NCBI GenBank assembly: GCA_977017645.1
Contig: OZ360229.1
Location: 95,170,001-95,234,000 of the forward strand
DNA length: 64,000 nt
Direction: 5' to 3'
Source of the DNA: Torpedo marmorata
Lineage: Eukaryota
Shown: positions 27,521 through 40,372 of the stretch, piece by piece
Position numbering within the stretch: the stretch's first letter is position 1
Layout of the letters: each line of letters begins with the position of its first letter
Position numbers and translations under genes: made by a program
The notes under the pieces: model-generated
What the model was told of the DNA's origin: nothing
What the model saw: the letters and a program-made list of their open reading frames with translations, nothing else
Database searches by the model: none

Positions 27521-27666
27521 GGGTGCTGTAGGTTTCAGTGAGGGGCGCTGGACAAAGTAGCGACCCCCTGTCTGCCTTACGGTAGACAAAAATTAAAGAA
27601 TTTCATGTACGTTACATTCTAAATGTAGTATTACGTGACAATAATGGAACCTTTACCTTTACCTTT
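27521..27666 (+). mobile_element. 5'-truncated copy of the 5S-derived SINE
   Basis: Begins with the last ~15 nt of the 5S-like head (GGGTGCTGTAGGTTT); body nearly identical to 17050-17186; (ACCTTT)3 tail. Confidence 0.9.
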
Positions 27667-28383
27667 AAATGTGCCAAATCAATGGAGGATTTAAAAGCTC
27701 AAGATCCAGAATGTTGCAACTCTGTTCAAAGTTCTTAGGCAGCTAAAGGGAAGACTGATGGTGCATCAGAAGAACTGAAGTTACAAGCTGAGAGATAGAT
27801 TGAAAGGACCGAGGGGTGGAAAGGCCATGAAAGTATCTGCAGACTGGGATAAGGGTTTTATATTCAAGGCGGACAAAAAACTTAAGCAGCAAGTGTCTGT
27901 CAACAGAGATTTATTGCTTTGCATTTAAAAAATGCCCACACAATTGCAGACAACATAGAGCCTTTGTTGGGGTGACAATAGCCTAAGTAAAGAAAGCTTC
28001 CCTGCTAAGACAGTGTAGTAACAGCTTTAGCTAATGGCACACCATCATTTACTAGTTTATGAGGTAATTCAGAAAACAAGAGGGAGGGAAGGGGGAAAGA
28101 GAGAGAAAAAGAGTGTGGGTGTGTGGTTGTGCGCGCACATTCACTTGTGCACACGCATGTGTGTGTGTCGACAATGTAAACAGCTTCATTGGGCTTTTGT
28201 GTGCTCCATGTTTGCCCACTTGGGAACATGTCCAGAAATTTAAACTCATCTAAAACTGGGACGAAGTTCTATTGCCACTGACCTACAGTGACACCTTGGT
28301 TAAAAGCATTAAAGAATTATTATAAATTCCCTTCCTTGAGTTTAAAGATCCATGCAAATGCTCAGAGCATGATCTAAGGAAGG

Positions 28384-28506
28384 CTAGGGTACAGATGCTA
28401 AGATCTAGGGTACAGATGCTAAGATCTAGGGTACAGATGCTAAGATCTAGGGTACAGATGCTAAGATCTAGGGTACAGATGCTAAGATGTAGGGTACAGA
28501 TGCTAA
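28384..28506. repeat. 21-bp minisatellite, ~6 copies
   Basis: Tandem CTAGGGTACAGATGCTAAGAT. Confidence 0.95.
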
Positions 28507-29899
28507 CAATGTATTATTTTAGGTTATTCCATAGAATCATACTATCCCCCTCTCAATCCTTTCCCTCCGACATATCTGTAACTAATGAATAAAAATGTTC
28601 AAAGAAAATGTAAACAATGTAATTTTTTGGGATACCCACTGAGATACTGCTCCTGGGGTGTTGTACCCAGCAGGGTTCCAAGGCAAATCTTCACCTTCTG
28701 CCACTTCTGGAGTAATCCTGAAGGTTGTCAATCTGTGTGGAGGAGGACAGAGAGTTTTAGTTATCGAGAGTTGGTATTTACAGCCAGCACTGGGAGGGAC
28801 CAAAGAACACCTAAACAGGGTGAGCAGTTCACATGTGGATAGATCAGGTGCAGATGAAGGGAGAGCAAGTAACAAAAAAACATTCTCAACACCATGAAAA
28901 GTTTGATTTTTCAATGTCATTTAACATTTATGTACAAGGAAAAGTGCTTTTTTCAACTATAGTAAAATGATTTAGAACTGCCACATACAATATGCTGCAA
29001 TAATAAAGTGAAATATTTTAACATGGATCTCCCATGGTTCCCCTGAATTGTTTGCTCTGAAACATCCCCCTGACCTCTCCTGAACCAGCCAAGCAAGAGA
29101 GAAATCAGTGTTGGAGAGAGTGGACCATGCAAAATTGCTGCACTCTTTATTAACTTATTATTCACAGATCTTTTTTTGCCCCTCTCTCCTGAAGTCTGAG
29201 AAACAGTCAGTGTTAATGCAAAATGGCTACCCTTCATGTGAGAGTCCAGATGATGGTCATATAGCCTATTGCACTACATTTAGCACCACAGTTGGACGTA
29301 ATTGACTCCTCACCTGGTGTGTATTTCTGCACACAAACATAACGAGACTCCCAGAGTTTTTCTTTAGTCCAACATTACAATATAGCTTTCCAGTTGAGGA
29401 AATCTGACTAAATTTCCTCACACCCTATTTTAGAAGAATTGGGATTATTATCTCAGTTCACCCAGCTGAAGCATGACACAGTTTCTTAGTTCGAGCATGG
29501 ATTCTTCCTGATCAATGCAGATCTCTGCCATACAGGGGCATTTGTTCACAGCTTCCCTTGTACCGAAAGATGTCCAAATGATTTGATGTATGTGGTCATG
29601 GATGATTTACTGGAGATTTGTTGATTCTTGATAAGTTTATTCTAAATAGTATATCCAAAATGTAATGAGGTTGAAATATACCTTGTACAGGAATTTTAAA
29701 AATAGAGGCAGTTTTGTTTTAGACACCTGTTATATGTCCAGTTCAATCTTCACTTAAAATGATTTCAATGAAGGAATCTTAGTTATGGCAAATAATAGCA
29801 ACAGTTGCATCCATGTCTTTGTCAAATTACAGTCCAAATTATCTCAAAGAGAAACCTTAACTGGTTAGGAATTATCATCGTTAAATCACGAGTTAAAAG

Positions 29900-30000
29900 C
29901 AATCCTTTGCCTGTGTGCTGCCCTTTCACCTCTGGGGCCCGAAGTCTGAATCCAGCCTTGGGTAATGGGTGACTAGTCTCTTTTGTCTGCTATGTCTCAG
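29900..30000 (+). mobile_element. LF-SINE-like head fragment
   Basis: CCCTTTCACCTCTGGGGCCCGAAGTCTGAATCCAGCC resembles the LF-SINE tRNA-derived head as remembered (CCTTTCACCTCT...GGTTCAAATCCAGCC). Confidence 0.4.
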
Positions 30001-33000
30001 AGCCACACAGAGCCTCCGAACCACAACACACTGTCTCTTGGAACCCTGGCAACTGTGTTCCTCATGTGTTTGCAGCATTATTTAAATTCCATATGGATGA
30101 AAATTTGGAAGAAGCAGTTCTCACTGCCGTTTCCTCGCCCTTAAAAACATTATTTCAAGCTCTGCAGCCTTCAGAAACTTGGGAGACATGGAAATTAAGG
30201 GAAGAGGGTTTTAAACTCTACATGTGATTTTCCACATATGCACCTACAGTATACCATCCGCAAAGTTCATATGTTTGAACGTCTTATGTATATGGGACCA
30301 GCTCTTACCATTCCCACATATACGCACAGATATGCTCCTACTTAACACTAATCGTTTTTTTTTTGAGAGAACAAATGTATGCAAGGGCCCCAACATTATA
30401 ACAATACACACAAGCTGCTTCCCTCTGGCGCTTGGACCAGTTGAAGCTACAAATGCGGGTTGCTTTGTGCCGTGAACGCTGGGGGTTGCGACCGTCTCAA
30501 ACTACGCAATGTAGGGCCTTCGCAGTCGGTAAGGCACAAGAGAGAAAGCTCCATCACTTTTACATGAGCCTGGGCTCAAAGCAAAGTCTCAGATCTAGAA
30601 AGGACAATGTCAAATCAATGGGGACATGAAATTAATGACAAAATGGTGAAAGTAGTAAGAGATGGATGTAATATACCAATGACCGAGGGTTTTGCCCCCC
30701 CCCCCACCCCACCCCAATTGTGGCAATGATAGAGGAACAGAAAACAACATGCAGTGAACTCCCTCTCATATATTTCTGAAAAAGGTGAAATCACAGCATC
30801 AACATTGCTTTATGGAAATATAAAGTCTGTTGCTTACCTTACTCTTCCTGTGAAAGTAAATCATAAAAATTGTAACAGTTCTATCTTACGGCCTCAGTCC
30901 CTAATCTCAAATTTATTTCCTGACGTGCTTTTTTTCCACTGGAGTAGCAGTGTGTCCTGTGCGTTAAGCATGCTCTGTGATAAGTCAGGCATGTAAACAT
31001 CAGTTCACACTAGTAAATGGCTTGTAATGCTCCGGACACCGCCACAAGCACAGCAGGTCAGACGTGGGGCCGTGATGTCAAGGCAAACACCAAAGAGCTG
31101 CCACCCGTTTAGCCTCTTCTGTGCTCGTTATCCTCTTCACTCGTGTGAATCACTCTCCCTCTCTAACCTTCAGATGGTTTGTTCCCTTTTTTGCAGGCGC
31201 TTAGGTTTCACGACAGCATCGACATTAACCCTTAAAGGACCATAGAAGCATTCCGTATAAAAGAAAAAATATACTGGGTCGCAACTGCCAATGACATTCT
31301 TTCCAAGAGGCCCAAACAGTGGAACTTCTCACCTCCCTTGGTCTTCCCTCACTTCAACCTCCTTCAGGCTTTTTATAGCCAAGTTTTACATCGGCTTATC
31401 GTTACCTCCTGATTTATCTTTCACATTCTTTTCAGCTATGGCAATGTCCTGCTCTCTGAACCTTGGCCTTTCACCCAGGTATTTTCAACAACAACAAAAC
31501 CTTTTGCAACCTCTTTCATACTCCTGGACAGGATGCAAGATAGACCATTATCTGACAGATGACCTTTCGCTCTTCCATTAGTCTCTAACCCTCACATTCT
31601 CAAGAGCAACCTGCCTCACTTCCTCTGTTATATCCAATGGTTATGGCTATTGTCTGCCTCAGGTCTTCTATTCAGAACTCTAGAATGTGCTACTTAAAAT
31701 AGCAACAGAAGCAGATTCAATAACTTTCAAATGAAAATTGCATGTTTTCAGTAAAACAGAAACATCTGTAGGGCTGTTGGGAAAGAGTAGGGAAGTGGAA
31801 ATAATTGGATCACTTTTTGAAAGACCCAGTATAGACACAATGGGCTGAATTTCCACTCTCGGCTGCATTATCATATTATTCACAAATAAGACCTGGAATA
31901 GTATCTTAGTAAGATAGTACCGGTAAATAATTCAAGAGTCCTTTGTAAAACTGTACACGTTGTTAAGAGGAAGGGGTTGATGGTTCTTTTCAGTCCGTTC
32001 AAACTGGCCACAGACCTCCCTAAACTGTACTGGCATTGTGGACTTCCACATAAAACCATCAATGTGAAATAAATGGAATACTCTGCCAATCAACAGAAAG
32101 AATACTGGGATTAACTTGCATATAGTTACAGAAACTAACAGAAATGTACCTGCAAATGTAACTGCATCACACTTTTGTTTTTCCCAACACCTTGAGTTTG
32201 AAAATCAGTGTTTTCCACTGTGAAAAGACCATTTTACCACTGGTAATCTGGCTGAGCACTTATTGTGCAAATCTCCTTCTATTTCCCCTCCTCGCACCCT
32301 TCCACCAGCCCCTGGCCCTGATGCTTATCTTCCATCTCTTGGCCCAAGTCCTTGGCTCCAAACATTTCCCACATTCACATTCCTCCAAAATCTTGGACTT
32401 GACCTCAGTCCTGGCACATTTTTAATTACAAAAGTTTCAAAATGTGTTCAGTCACTCTCCGACCTTGGGTATTCCTGAAAATTAGATCAGTGGGACCCAC
32501 CACCAAAACAATGATTAATGACGGGCTCTCGTACTCACACATTCTATTTGGATGCAGGAAAATTTTGAGTCTCTGATCTTTAATATTTAATTCAAGTTAT
32601 GTTTTTTTTTAATGTCACAGAAGACTATTTGAAGGATCCAGTTACCCAAGAGACTTCTCAGCATGAAAAGGTCAAAATCAGAATAAAGTAATTTTCTGCA
32701 ATGCAGCTTTAATCTTTTTATATATTCAATAAGGAACAGAGGAGAAATATATTTACCCAAAGAATGGTGAGAATGTGAAGCAGCAGGAAGTGATTGAAGG
32801 TGAACAGACTTTAAGGGGAAGAAAGGTTTGGATCAAATATACTGATATGGGAGGAGGTTCATGAGAGGAGTGAATAACTAACAGAAGACAGATAGGTCGA
32901 ATGGCGTGTTTCACATAATCAGGGCCAACCATCAATTTACAAATCAGTTTATTAGATCTGGTTTTTCTCATTTGTTCGAGGAATAGTCATTTACTATTAC

Positions 33001-33424
33001 CCATGATAATAGGGATCACAAGATTGAGCGCGAGAGAACAGTAACATCGGCAGATTCATTACAACAAAAAGAAAGGAAGAATGGGGAAATGGGAGAAAAT
33101 TAACTTGGATTGCACCTGCTCACCTCTCATTGGGTATGATTGGACATCATACCCAATGATTCCACAGTACTTGATGAGGCTTAAGTTCATTCTAGGGCAT
33201 GGTAAGCAAAGAAATCAGGTATAGTTCCTGTTTTCAGCTGAGTTTATTACTACCAGTTTGTGTTGGAGAGTCAATTTGTTCACTAAAATTGGCCTCAGTG
33301 CCTGGACCCTCGTGAATTGATACATCTGATTGAAGACACTCAGGCTCAGCTCAAGGTCAAAATTCTGTTGCCCAGACCCTAAATGGGACCCTTTCACCTG
33401 ACTCTGGCCTATACTGGCTCCCAA

Positions 33425-33810
33425 CGTATTGCATAATTCTCCTCTTTAGTTTTAAATCTCTAATTGGCCTTGTCCCTTCTTATCTCTGTAATCTCCTCCA
33501 GCCCTACAACTCTCCTGAGAACTGTGCTGTTCCTCAGATTCTAACCTCCTGCACATCCCCCACGCCTAGAGCTTCTTAGTGCTTTTAACTGCCTGAGCAC
33601 GAAGCTCCTGAGTTCTGTCTCTAAATCCTTCTGCATCTCTACCTATATCTTCCTTTAGGGTGTTCCTTAAAACCTCTCTTTAATCAAGTTATCGGTTGCC
33701 AATTCTAATATGTGCCTCGGATGTCAATTTTTGTTTGGTAATTGCTGCTGAAAAGAACCTTAGGACATTTTGTTATGTTAAAGGCATCATAAAAATGCAA
33801 GTTTTTATGC
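33425..33810 (+). mobile_element. L2-like LINE 3' fragment
   Basis: CCTTGTCCCTTCTTATCTCTGTAATCTCCTCCAGCCCTACAAC...CTTAAAACCTCTCTTT...TTAAAGGCATCATAAAAATGCAAGT, a typical L2-type 3' end. Confidence 0.6.
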
Positions 33811-34374
33811 CTTTCATAACTTCTCCCACAACTCATCATCCAGTAAACATATGGTCTGAGATTTCTAAAGGGAATAAACAGCAGTAAAACTTTGGCCACC
33901 ATCATTCAATAGCTGCAGAGGAGAGAAAGGAGTTAAAGAGATTTTTTTTAATTGGATAAATGACAAAATAAACCATTAAAGGTATTTGAATAAGTAGATT
34001 AGAACAAGTTATTTTAATTCATCTCCAGCTTGTCATCTTACGAGTTGGATAGCAAGATGGAAAATGTTGAGATGTTAAAATGGCCATTGCAGAACTTTAA
34101 AATAATAATGTATTAGCTCCTTAAAAACTAATGCAAATTAATGCCTCCTCTTTAATATTTATGAATTGTAACCTTGCAATGACCCAGACATTCAGCTGAT
34201 TATCAGAGTGCTTTGTATGAATAAACATTTTGGCTAAAAAAAAGGAGAGGTCACTCCTTTAAACTTGATGACCTCAGATAAGGTGCCGGCCTCCTTAAAG
34301 ACATCACTGCACACTGTGAGAAAATGTTTGGCAGGCCACTTATTGTCCGTATCTGCAAAACACTGCAATGCAAT

Positions 34375-34548
34375 AATGCCTTGCACCGATGAAGCATAGT
34401 GTTATAACAATGCCTTGCACCGATGAAGCATAGTGTTATAACAATGCCTTGCACCGATGAAGCATAGTGTTATAATAATGCCTTGCACCGATGAAGCATA
34501 GTGTTATAACAATGCCTTGCACCGATGAAGCATAGTGTTATAACAATG
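34375..34548. repeat. 34-bp minisatellite, 5 copies
   Basis: Tandem AATGCCTTGCACCGATGAAGCATAGTGTTATAAC with no spacers. Confidence 0.95.
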
Positions 34549-35374
34549 GAAATGATCTATGGTTAACAAACTGTTATCTCCTCCTCTCACTCCCTACATA
34601 CACCAGACATCCCCTGATTGTTCTGAGCACATGGCAGTTCCTTCTCTCCACATCTTATCACAATGTTATGCCCACTTGTATCTATAACACAGGACGGCAC
34701 TTTACCTATCCTATCTGTGCTAATTCTTTGGTAAAACTATTCATTTTTGCACACACCCTTCCTCTTTCTCCTTTGCCCTAAAAATCCTGGGTCACCTGGA
34801 CACCAAGCACACCTACCGTATGTCCGACTACTGATGACAGACAACAGCTCTGCCTTTGATATCATAGTCCCTAGCAAACACATCCCCAAACTTCAAAACA
34901 CTTTTAATCCACCCCAGATTTTTTTAATCAATTATCTTAAATCAACTTCTGTTTACGATTTTCCTGCCACCAGAAAACTCGCTCCCCATTGTTTTGTCAA
35001 ATCTCTCTTAATTTGAAACAAATGAAATATCCTCTTTACCTCTTGCTGCTGCAAGGAGAACAATTCCAACTTCCAGACCGTCCACAAAACAAAAGGTGAT
35101 ATCTCATGCTGACTGTCTTCCAGCCTCCTGTGAACCTGTTAGCAATCTTTTCCTATACAAGGACTAGTGCATTACCAGTGTACTAGTCCTTATCTTCCAT
35201 GACTGAAAAAAAAGCCCTGGCTGATTTTCAGACTCACACTAACCCAGCAATATGCACTCTAACTCCACCACCACCTTGCTTAGGGTTAAGGTAAAGTAAT
35301 TCAGAGCAACAAGGCAGGTGTATCAAAAAGGAGGCAATAAAAGGGGAAACTGATACTTTGGAAAGCAGCATCAT

Positions 35375-35660
35375 GGGGGTGGCACAGCTGGCGTAGCGGT
35401 TAGCGCAACACCTTTACAGCGCCAGCAATCGGGACCTGGGTTTGAATCCCGCGCTGTCTTTAAGGAGTTTCTACATTCTCCCCGTGTCTGTGTGGGTTTT
35501 CCCCAGAAGCTCCGGTTTCCTCCCACCGTTCGAAATGTATAGGGGGTGTAGGTTAATTGGGTGTAAATTGGGCGGCACAGACTTGTGGGCCGAAATGGCC
35601 TGTTACCGTGCTGTATGTCTAAATTAAAAAATTTAAATTTAAGTTTAAAAATTTTAAACT
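35375..35660 (+). mobile_element. HE1-like SINE
   Basis: A-box-like TGGCGTAGCGG, B-box-like GGTTTGAATCC, V-type core, tail GGGCCGAAATGGCCTGTTACCGTGCTGTATGTCTAAATT. Confidence 0.9.
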
Positions 35661-36174
35661 AAACGGAGTACATAGATCACTCAACATTATACTGCTCTGG
35701 TGAAGAGAGACATAGACATTCATTCTTCTATGAGACTTCACCATTTGGTGTTTATGCACGTCGATTCTTTAAAAATGTCACCATTTCCAGACCTCAGCCA
35801 ACAGGGGAGGAGGCAACACAATTATTTGAGTCTGGGACGGTGAGGGTTAAGCTATCAGGACAGATTGCATAAGTTTGTTTAAAAGATCAGCACCCATGTT
35901 ATTCTGCCTTTGGTGCATACCTTAAAATTAGGAGTGAAATTTGTTGACGTGATAAGCAATAGACATTTAGAATTCACTCTGTGAATCAGTGACTGTGGTA
36001 ATTTAATTTTGGTTATGAAAGAGATTTAGGAAAATGGGAGCTAAATAAGTGAAGGTGCAGCTCAGCCACATTTTGTGGAGTTGACTGGTTAACTCTATTC
36101 AATGAATGAGAGTGGGGAGAGAACACAGAGATGGATGGAAGAAAGGTTGTTTCCCATGGTGGGAGAGTCTAGAA

Positions 36175-36511
36175 CAGGATTTCCCAAACTTTTTATTTCC
36201 ACTCACATACCACTTAAAGTAATTCCTATGCCACTGTGACTGCGAAAAAAAGGTTGAGAACCACTGCTCTAGACCCAATTGTTACTGAAATATTTTGCTT
36301 GAGAAAAATTGTCATTGGCCCATTTCCTTTGGAGTTATGAAACCGTGCACATAACGAGTCAATTAGGTACGATTAAAACAGTGGTTTTCAAACTTTTTCT
36401 TTCCACTCACATACCACCTTAAGTAATCCCTTACTAATCACAGAGCACCTATGGCATAGAAATTACTTAAAAGTGGTATGTGAGTGGAAAGAAAAAGTTT
36501 GGGAAACCCTG
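36175..36511. mobile_element. hAT (Charlie-type) composite MITE inserted in a CR1 fragment
   Basis: TIRs CAGGATTTCCCAAACT / AGTTTGGGAAACCCTG; perfect 8-bp TSD GTCTAGAA at 36167-36174 and 36512-36519; internal TIR-like ends near 36266 and 36379. Confidence 0.9.
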
Positions 36512-36593
36512 GTCTAGAAGAACAAGAGGGCATAACTTTAGGAATGAAGAGCGTCTGCTTGAAACAGAGATGCAGAGGAATTTCTTCAGCCAC

Positions 36594-38385
36594 AGTCAAG
36601 TCGAGTCACCTTTATTTGTCGTTCATTACCATATACACAGTAAAGACGAGATAGCGTTTCTCCAGGACCATGAGCAAATTTACATAAATAGCATAATACA
36701 ATAAAAAAACTATAACATGTTAATACACATATATATCTAAAAATTGAGGAGCTTGATGGCTTGGGGAAAAACCTGTTGCACAATCTGGACGTACGAGCCT
36801 GAGTGCTTCGGTACCTCCTTCCAGATGGCAAAAGGGAAAAAAGTTTACAAGATGGGTGTGAGAAGTCCTTCACAATGTTATTTGCCTTTCGCATGCATCG
36901 TGTGTTGTAGATGTCCGTCATGGTGGGAAGAGAGACACCAATATTTTTCTCCGCTGACCCCACTATCTTCTGCAGGGTCTTACGGTCTGAGATGGTACAG
37001 TTTCCAAACCAAGCGGTAATGCAATTGCTCAGAATACTCTCAATGCATCCTCTGTAGAATGAAAAAAAAACACAAATGCTGGAGAAACTCAGCAGGTCAA
37101 ACAGTGTCTTTTATGTAGCAAAGGTAGAAATACATAACCGACGTTTCGGGCTTGAGTCCTTCATAAAAGTATGAGAAAATGCCGGTAGGCGTCCGAACAA
37201 AAGAGTGAGGGGGGAAGGGGGATGGCAAAGGCAGGAGATGATAGGTGGAGAAAGGAGGGAGGGGACAGCAGCAAAGAGGGGGAGGAGGGATGGCTAGGTA
37301 GCTGGAGAAAAACAGGAAGGACAGGTGAGGGGTCCTTCCTGTTTTTCTCCAGCTATCTAGCCATCCCTCCTCCCCCTCTTTGCTGCTGTCCCCTCCCTCC
37401 TTTCTCCACCTATCATCTCCTGCCTTTGCCATCCCCTTCCCCCCTCACTCTTTTGTTCGGACGCCTACCGGCATTTTCTCATACTTTGATGAAGGGCTCA
37501 AGCCCAAAACGTCGGTTATGTATTTCTACCTTTGCTACATAAAAGACACTGTTTGACCTGCTGAGTTTCTCCAGCATTTGTGTTTTTTATTTCAACCATG
37601 GTGTCCACAGATTTTCGTGTTTTACCTCTGTAGAATGGAGTAAGGATGGAGGGTGGAGGATGAACTTTCCTCAGCCTTCGCAGGAAGTAGAGGCGCTGCT
37701 GGGCTTCCTTAGCTATGGAACTGGTGTTGAGGGACCAGGTGAGATTTTACGCCAAGTGCACTCCAAGAAACTTGGTACTCTTGACGACCTCAACGGTAGA
37801 GCCGTCCATGGTCAATGGAGAGTGATCCCCCCGGGCCCTCCTGAAGTCGACAACCAACTCTTTTGTTTTATTTACATTCAGATGCAGGTTGTTGGTTCCG
37901 CACCAGTCCATTAGCGACTGCATCTCATCTCTGTACTCTGACTCATCGTTCTTGCTGATAAGGCCCACCACGGTTGTATCATCAGCGAACTTGATGATGT
38001 GATTCGAGCTGTGTTTTGCTGCACAGTAATGAGTCAGCAGAGTGAACAGCAATGGACTAAGCACACAGCCCTGGGGAGCCCCCGTGCTCAATGTAATGAC
38101 CTTAGAAGTGCTGTTTCCAATCCGGACTGCCTGAGGTCTTCCCGTCAGGAAGTTTAGAATCCAATTGCAGAGGGTGTTGTTTAGGCCTAGCTGGCTCAAC
38201 TTCCCTATCAGGTACTGAATTATGATCGTGTTGAATGCCGAGCTGAAGTCAATAAACAGCATTCGAACATACGTGTCCTTATTTTCCAGGTGGGTGAGGG
38301 GTAGATGGAGGGTGGTGGTGATGGCATCATCCGTAAAGCGGTTGGATCTATATGTGAACTGCAGGGGGTCCCACGCACCTATCAA
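36594..38385 (-). mobile_element. Rex1/Babar-like LINE (5'-truncated RT region), interrupted at 37062-37624
   Basis: ORF 37747-38385: [48 protein letters not shown]; (GACTT)n-type tail; paralogue at 47939-48937. Confidence 0.93.
37062..37624. mobile_element. Penelope-like insertion forming a ~257-bp-arm inverted repeat
   Basis: Arms 37065-37322 and 37332-37588 are near-perfect reverse complements around a 9-nt loop; 13-bp TSD CCTCTGTAGAATG at 37049-37061 and 37625-37637; the paralogous Rex copy near 48400 lacks the insert. Confidence 0.88.
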
Positions 38386-38699
38386 CTAATGAATACATTC
38401 CTAGTTTAGTCACTGATGTAGTGTGGGAAACAATGTAACCAATTTTCACCCAGGAAGTTCCCATGCTATTTTTTCAAATATTGGAAGAGGTATAAATGTT
38501 GTCAAATGTCATGGATATTATAGTGAACTTCCATGCTCTCCTTCCAAATAATGCTATGTAATCTTTATATCCAAGAGGTTCATGTATCATCAGAAAGTCA
38601 GCCCCTCCAACAATGCAGCCCCTAACAACCAAGAATCACCTCAGTTCAAGCACTCTGATGGTGCATTGCACCATCTCTAGTCATAATGCCATATAGCAC

Positions 38700-39600
38700 T
38701 AAGATAGTCCATTCATCCCATCCTTTCCATGCTGACCATCAAGTACCCATCTAAACACATCTGATTTACCAGCCTTTGGTCTAAGCCTTCTATGCCATGT
38801 CAATTTTAGTGATCGTCTAAATACCAAATGTTGCCTCTGCCTCCAACATCCTCTTGGGCAATGTACTCCAAATTTCAACCACTCTCTGAATGAAAAAAAA
38901 TCATTTCTTATATCTCTTCTAAACCTCCTCCTCCTTACCTTGAACCTCTGCCCTCTGGTTATAAATACCTCTGGTATGGGAAGCATGTATTGCAATCTCT
39001 CCTATCAATAACCTCATTGGTTTTAACCCCACTATCAGGACACCGTAGCCATCTATGCTCCAAGAAAAATAAACACAGCCAATAATCTCCTCATCTCCAA
39101 TAATCTCCTCATAGCTCCATCTCAGGCGATATCCTGGTAAATCTCCTCTGCACCCTGTCCACCTCCTTTCTATTCTACAGTGACCAAAAGTGCACACAAT
39201 ATTCCAAATGTGGCCTCACCAATATTTTATAAAGTTGTACTATAACTTCCCTGCTGAAAGTCATGCAGCACAGAAAATGCCCTTCAGCCCAAATTGTCCT
39301 TGCTGACTAAATTGGCATTCTGGGCCTGCATTTGGTCCATGTCCTATTCCATATATCTTACCAACTGCCTTTTGAACATTGAAATTGTACCCATTTCTAT
39401 TGTTTCCTCTGGCAGCTCAATCCAGATATGGACCACAAACCTCCGAAATGAAAAAGCTGCCCTGATCCCTCCCCTCTTGCTCTGATATTCTAGGTGCCAA
39501 CTAATGAAGGCTAGCATCCAAAATGCTTTCTTTACCACCCAATCTACTTATGCTGTCACAGTGAGATATCGTTGGACTTGTAGTCCAAGTACTACTCTGA
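38700..39600 (-). mobile_element. CR1-like (HER1-type) LINE 3' fragments
   Basis: Minus-strand TRGQRFKVRRRRFRRDIRNDFF, and decayed CVHFWSL/VKKAFWMLAFI motifs. Confidence 0.75.
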
Positions 39601-40372
39601 CAGATTTCAGATTTATTGTCAGAGTACATACATAACATCACATACAATTCTGAGATTCTTTTTCCTGTGGGCAAGGCAGAATTACTACTTATTGGTAGTG
39701 AAAAAAAATTGTACACAACACACAAAAATAAACAAGTAAAGAAATGTAAACAAACTGACTGTGGAATATAGAGAGGGAAAAAATCAATAAAGTGCACAAG
39801 TAAGAGTCCTTAAATGAGTCCCTGATTGAGTTTATTGTTGAGGAGTCTGATGATGGAGGGGTAGAAGCTGTTTCTGAACCTGGTGGTGCGAGTCTTGTGG
39901 CACCTATACCTCTTTGCTAATGGTAGCAGCAAGAACAGAGTGTGTGCTGTGTGGTGTGGATCCTTGATTAATGCTCCTGTTCTCCAATGGCAGCGTTCCC
40001 TGTAGATGTTCTCGGTGGTGAGGATGGTTTTGCCTGTGATGTCCCTTGCGGTGTCCATTACCTTTTGCAGGGCTTTATGCTCAGGGGTATTGGTGTCCTG
40101 TTACCAGACCATGATGCAGCCGGTCAGCACACTTTCCACCACACATCTGTAGAAATTTGCCAGGGTTTCCAATGTCATAACAAACCTCCGCAAACTCCTG
40201 AGGAAGTTGAGGCGTTGATGTTCTTTCTTCAGGATGCCGTTAGTGTGTTGGGTCCAGAAAAGATCCACCGAGATAGTGACTCCCAAACTTAAATTTGCTC
40301 ACCCTCTCCACCTCTGATCCCCCAATGATCACTGGATCGTACACCTCTGGTTTTCCCTTCCTGAAGTCCTTC
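39601..40372 (-). mobile_element. Rex1/Babar-like LINE, 5'-truncated
   Basis: DFRKGKPEVYDPVIIGGSEVERVSKFKF, KKEHQRLNFLRSLRRF, ESVLTGCIMVW, IKDPHH...RFRNSFYP; tail GACAATAAATCTGAAATCTG. Confidence 0.88.

Noticed and set aside
28395-28592. ORF with (MLRSRVQ)n repeats
   Set aside because: It is the translation of a 21-bp minisatellite.
34375-34548. 34-bp direct repeats as a CRISPR array
   Set aside because: Units are head-to-tail with no spacers, there are no cas genes, and the context is eukaryotic. It is a minisatellite.
35375-35460. tRNA genes at the heads of the HE1-like repeats
   Set aside because: A/B boxes are present but run directly into the SINE core in five dispersed copies; no clean cloverleaf is evident.
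37097-37542. Two near-identical ORFs on opposite strands (MAKAGDDRWRKEGG...)
   Set aside because: Artefact of the long inverted repeat.
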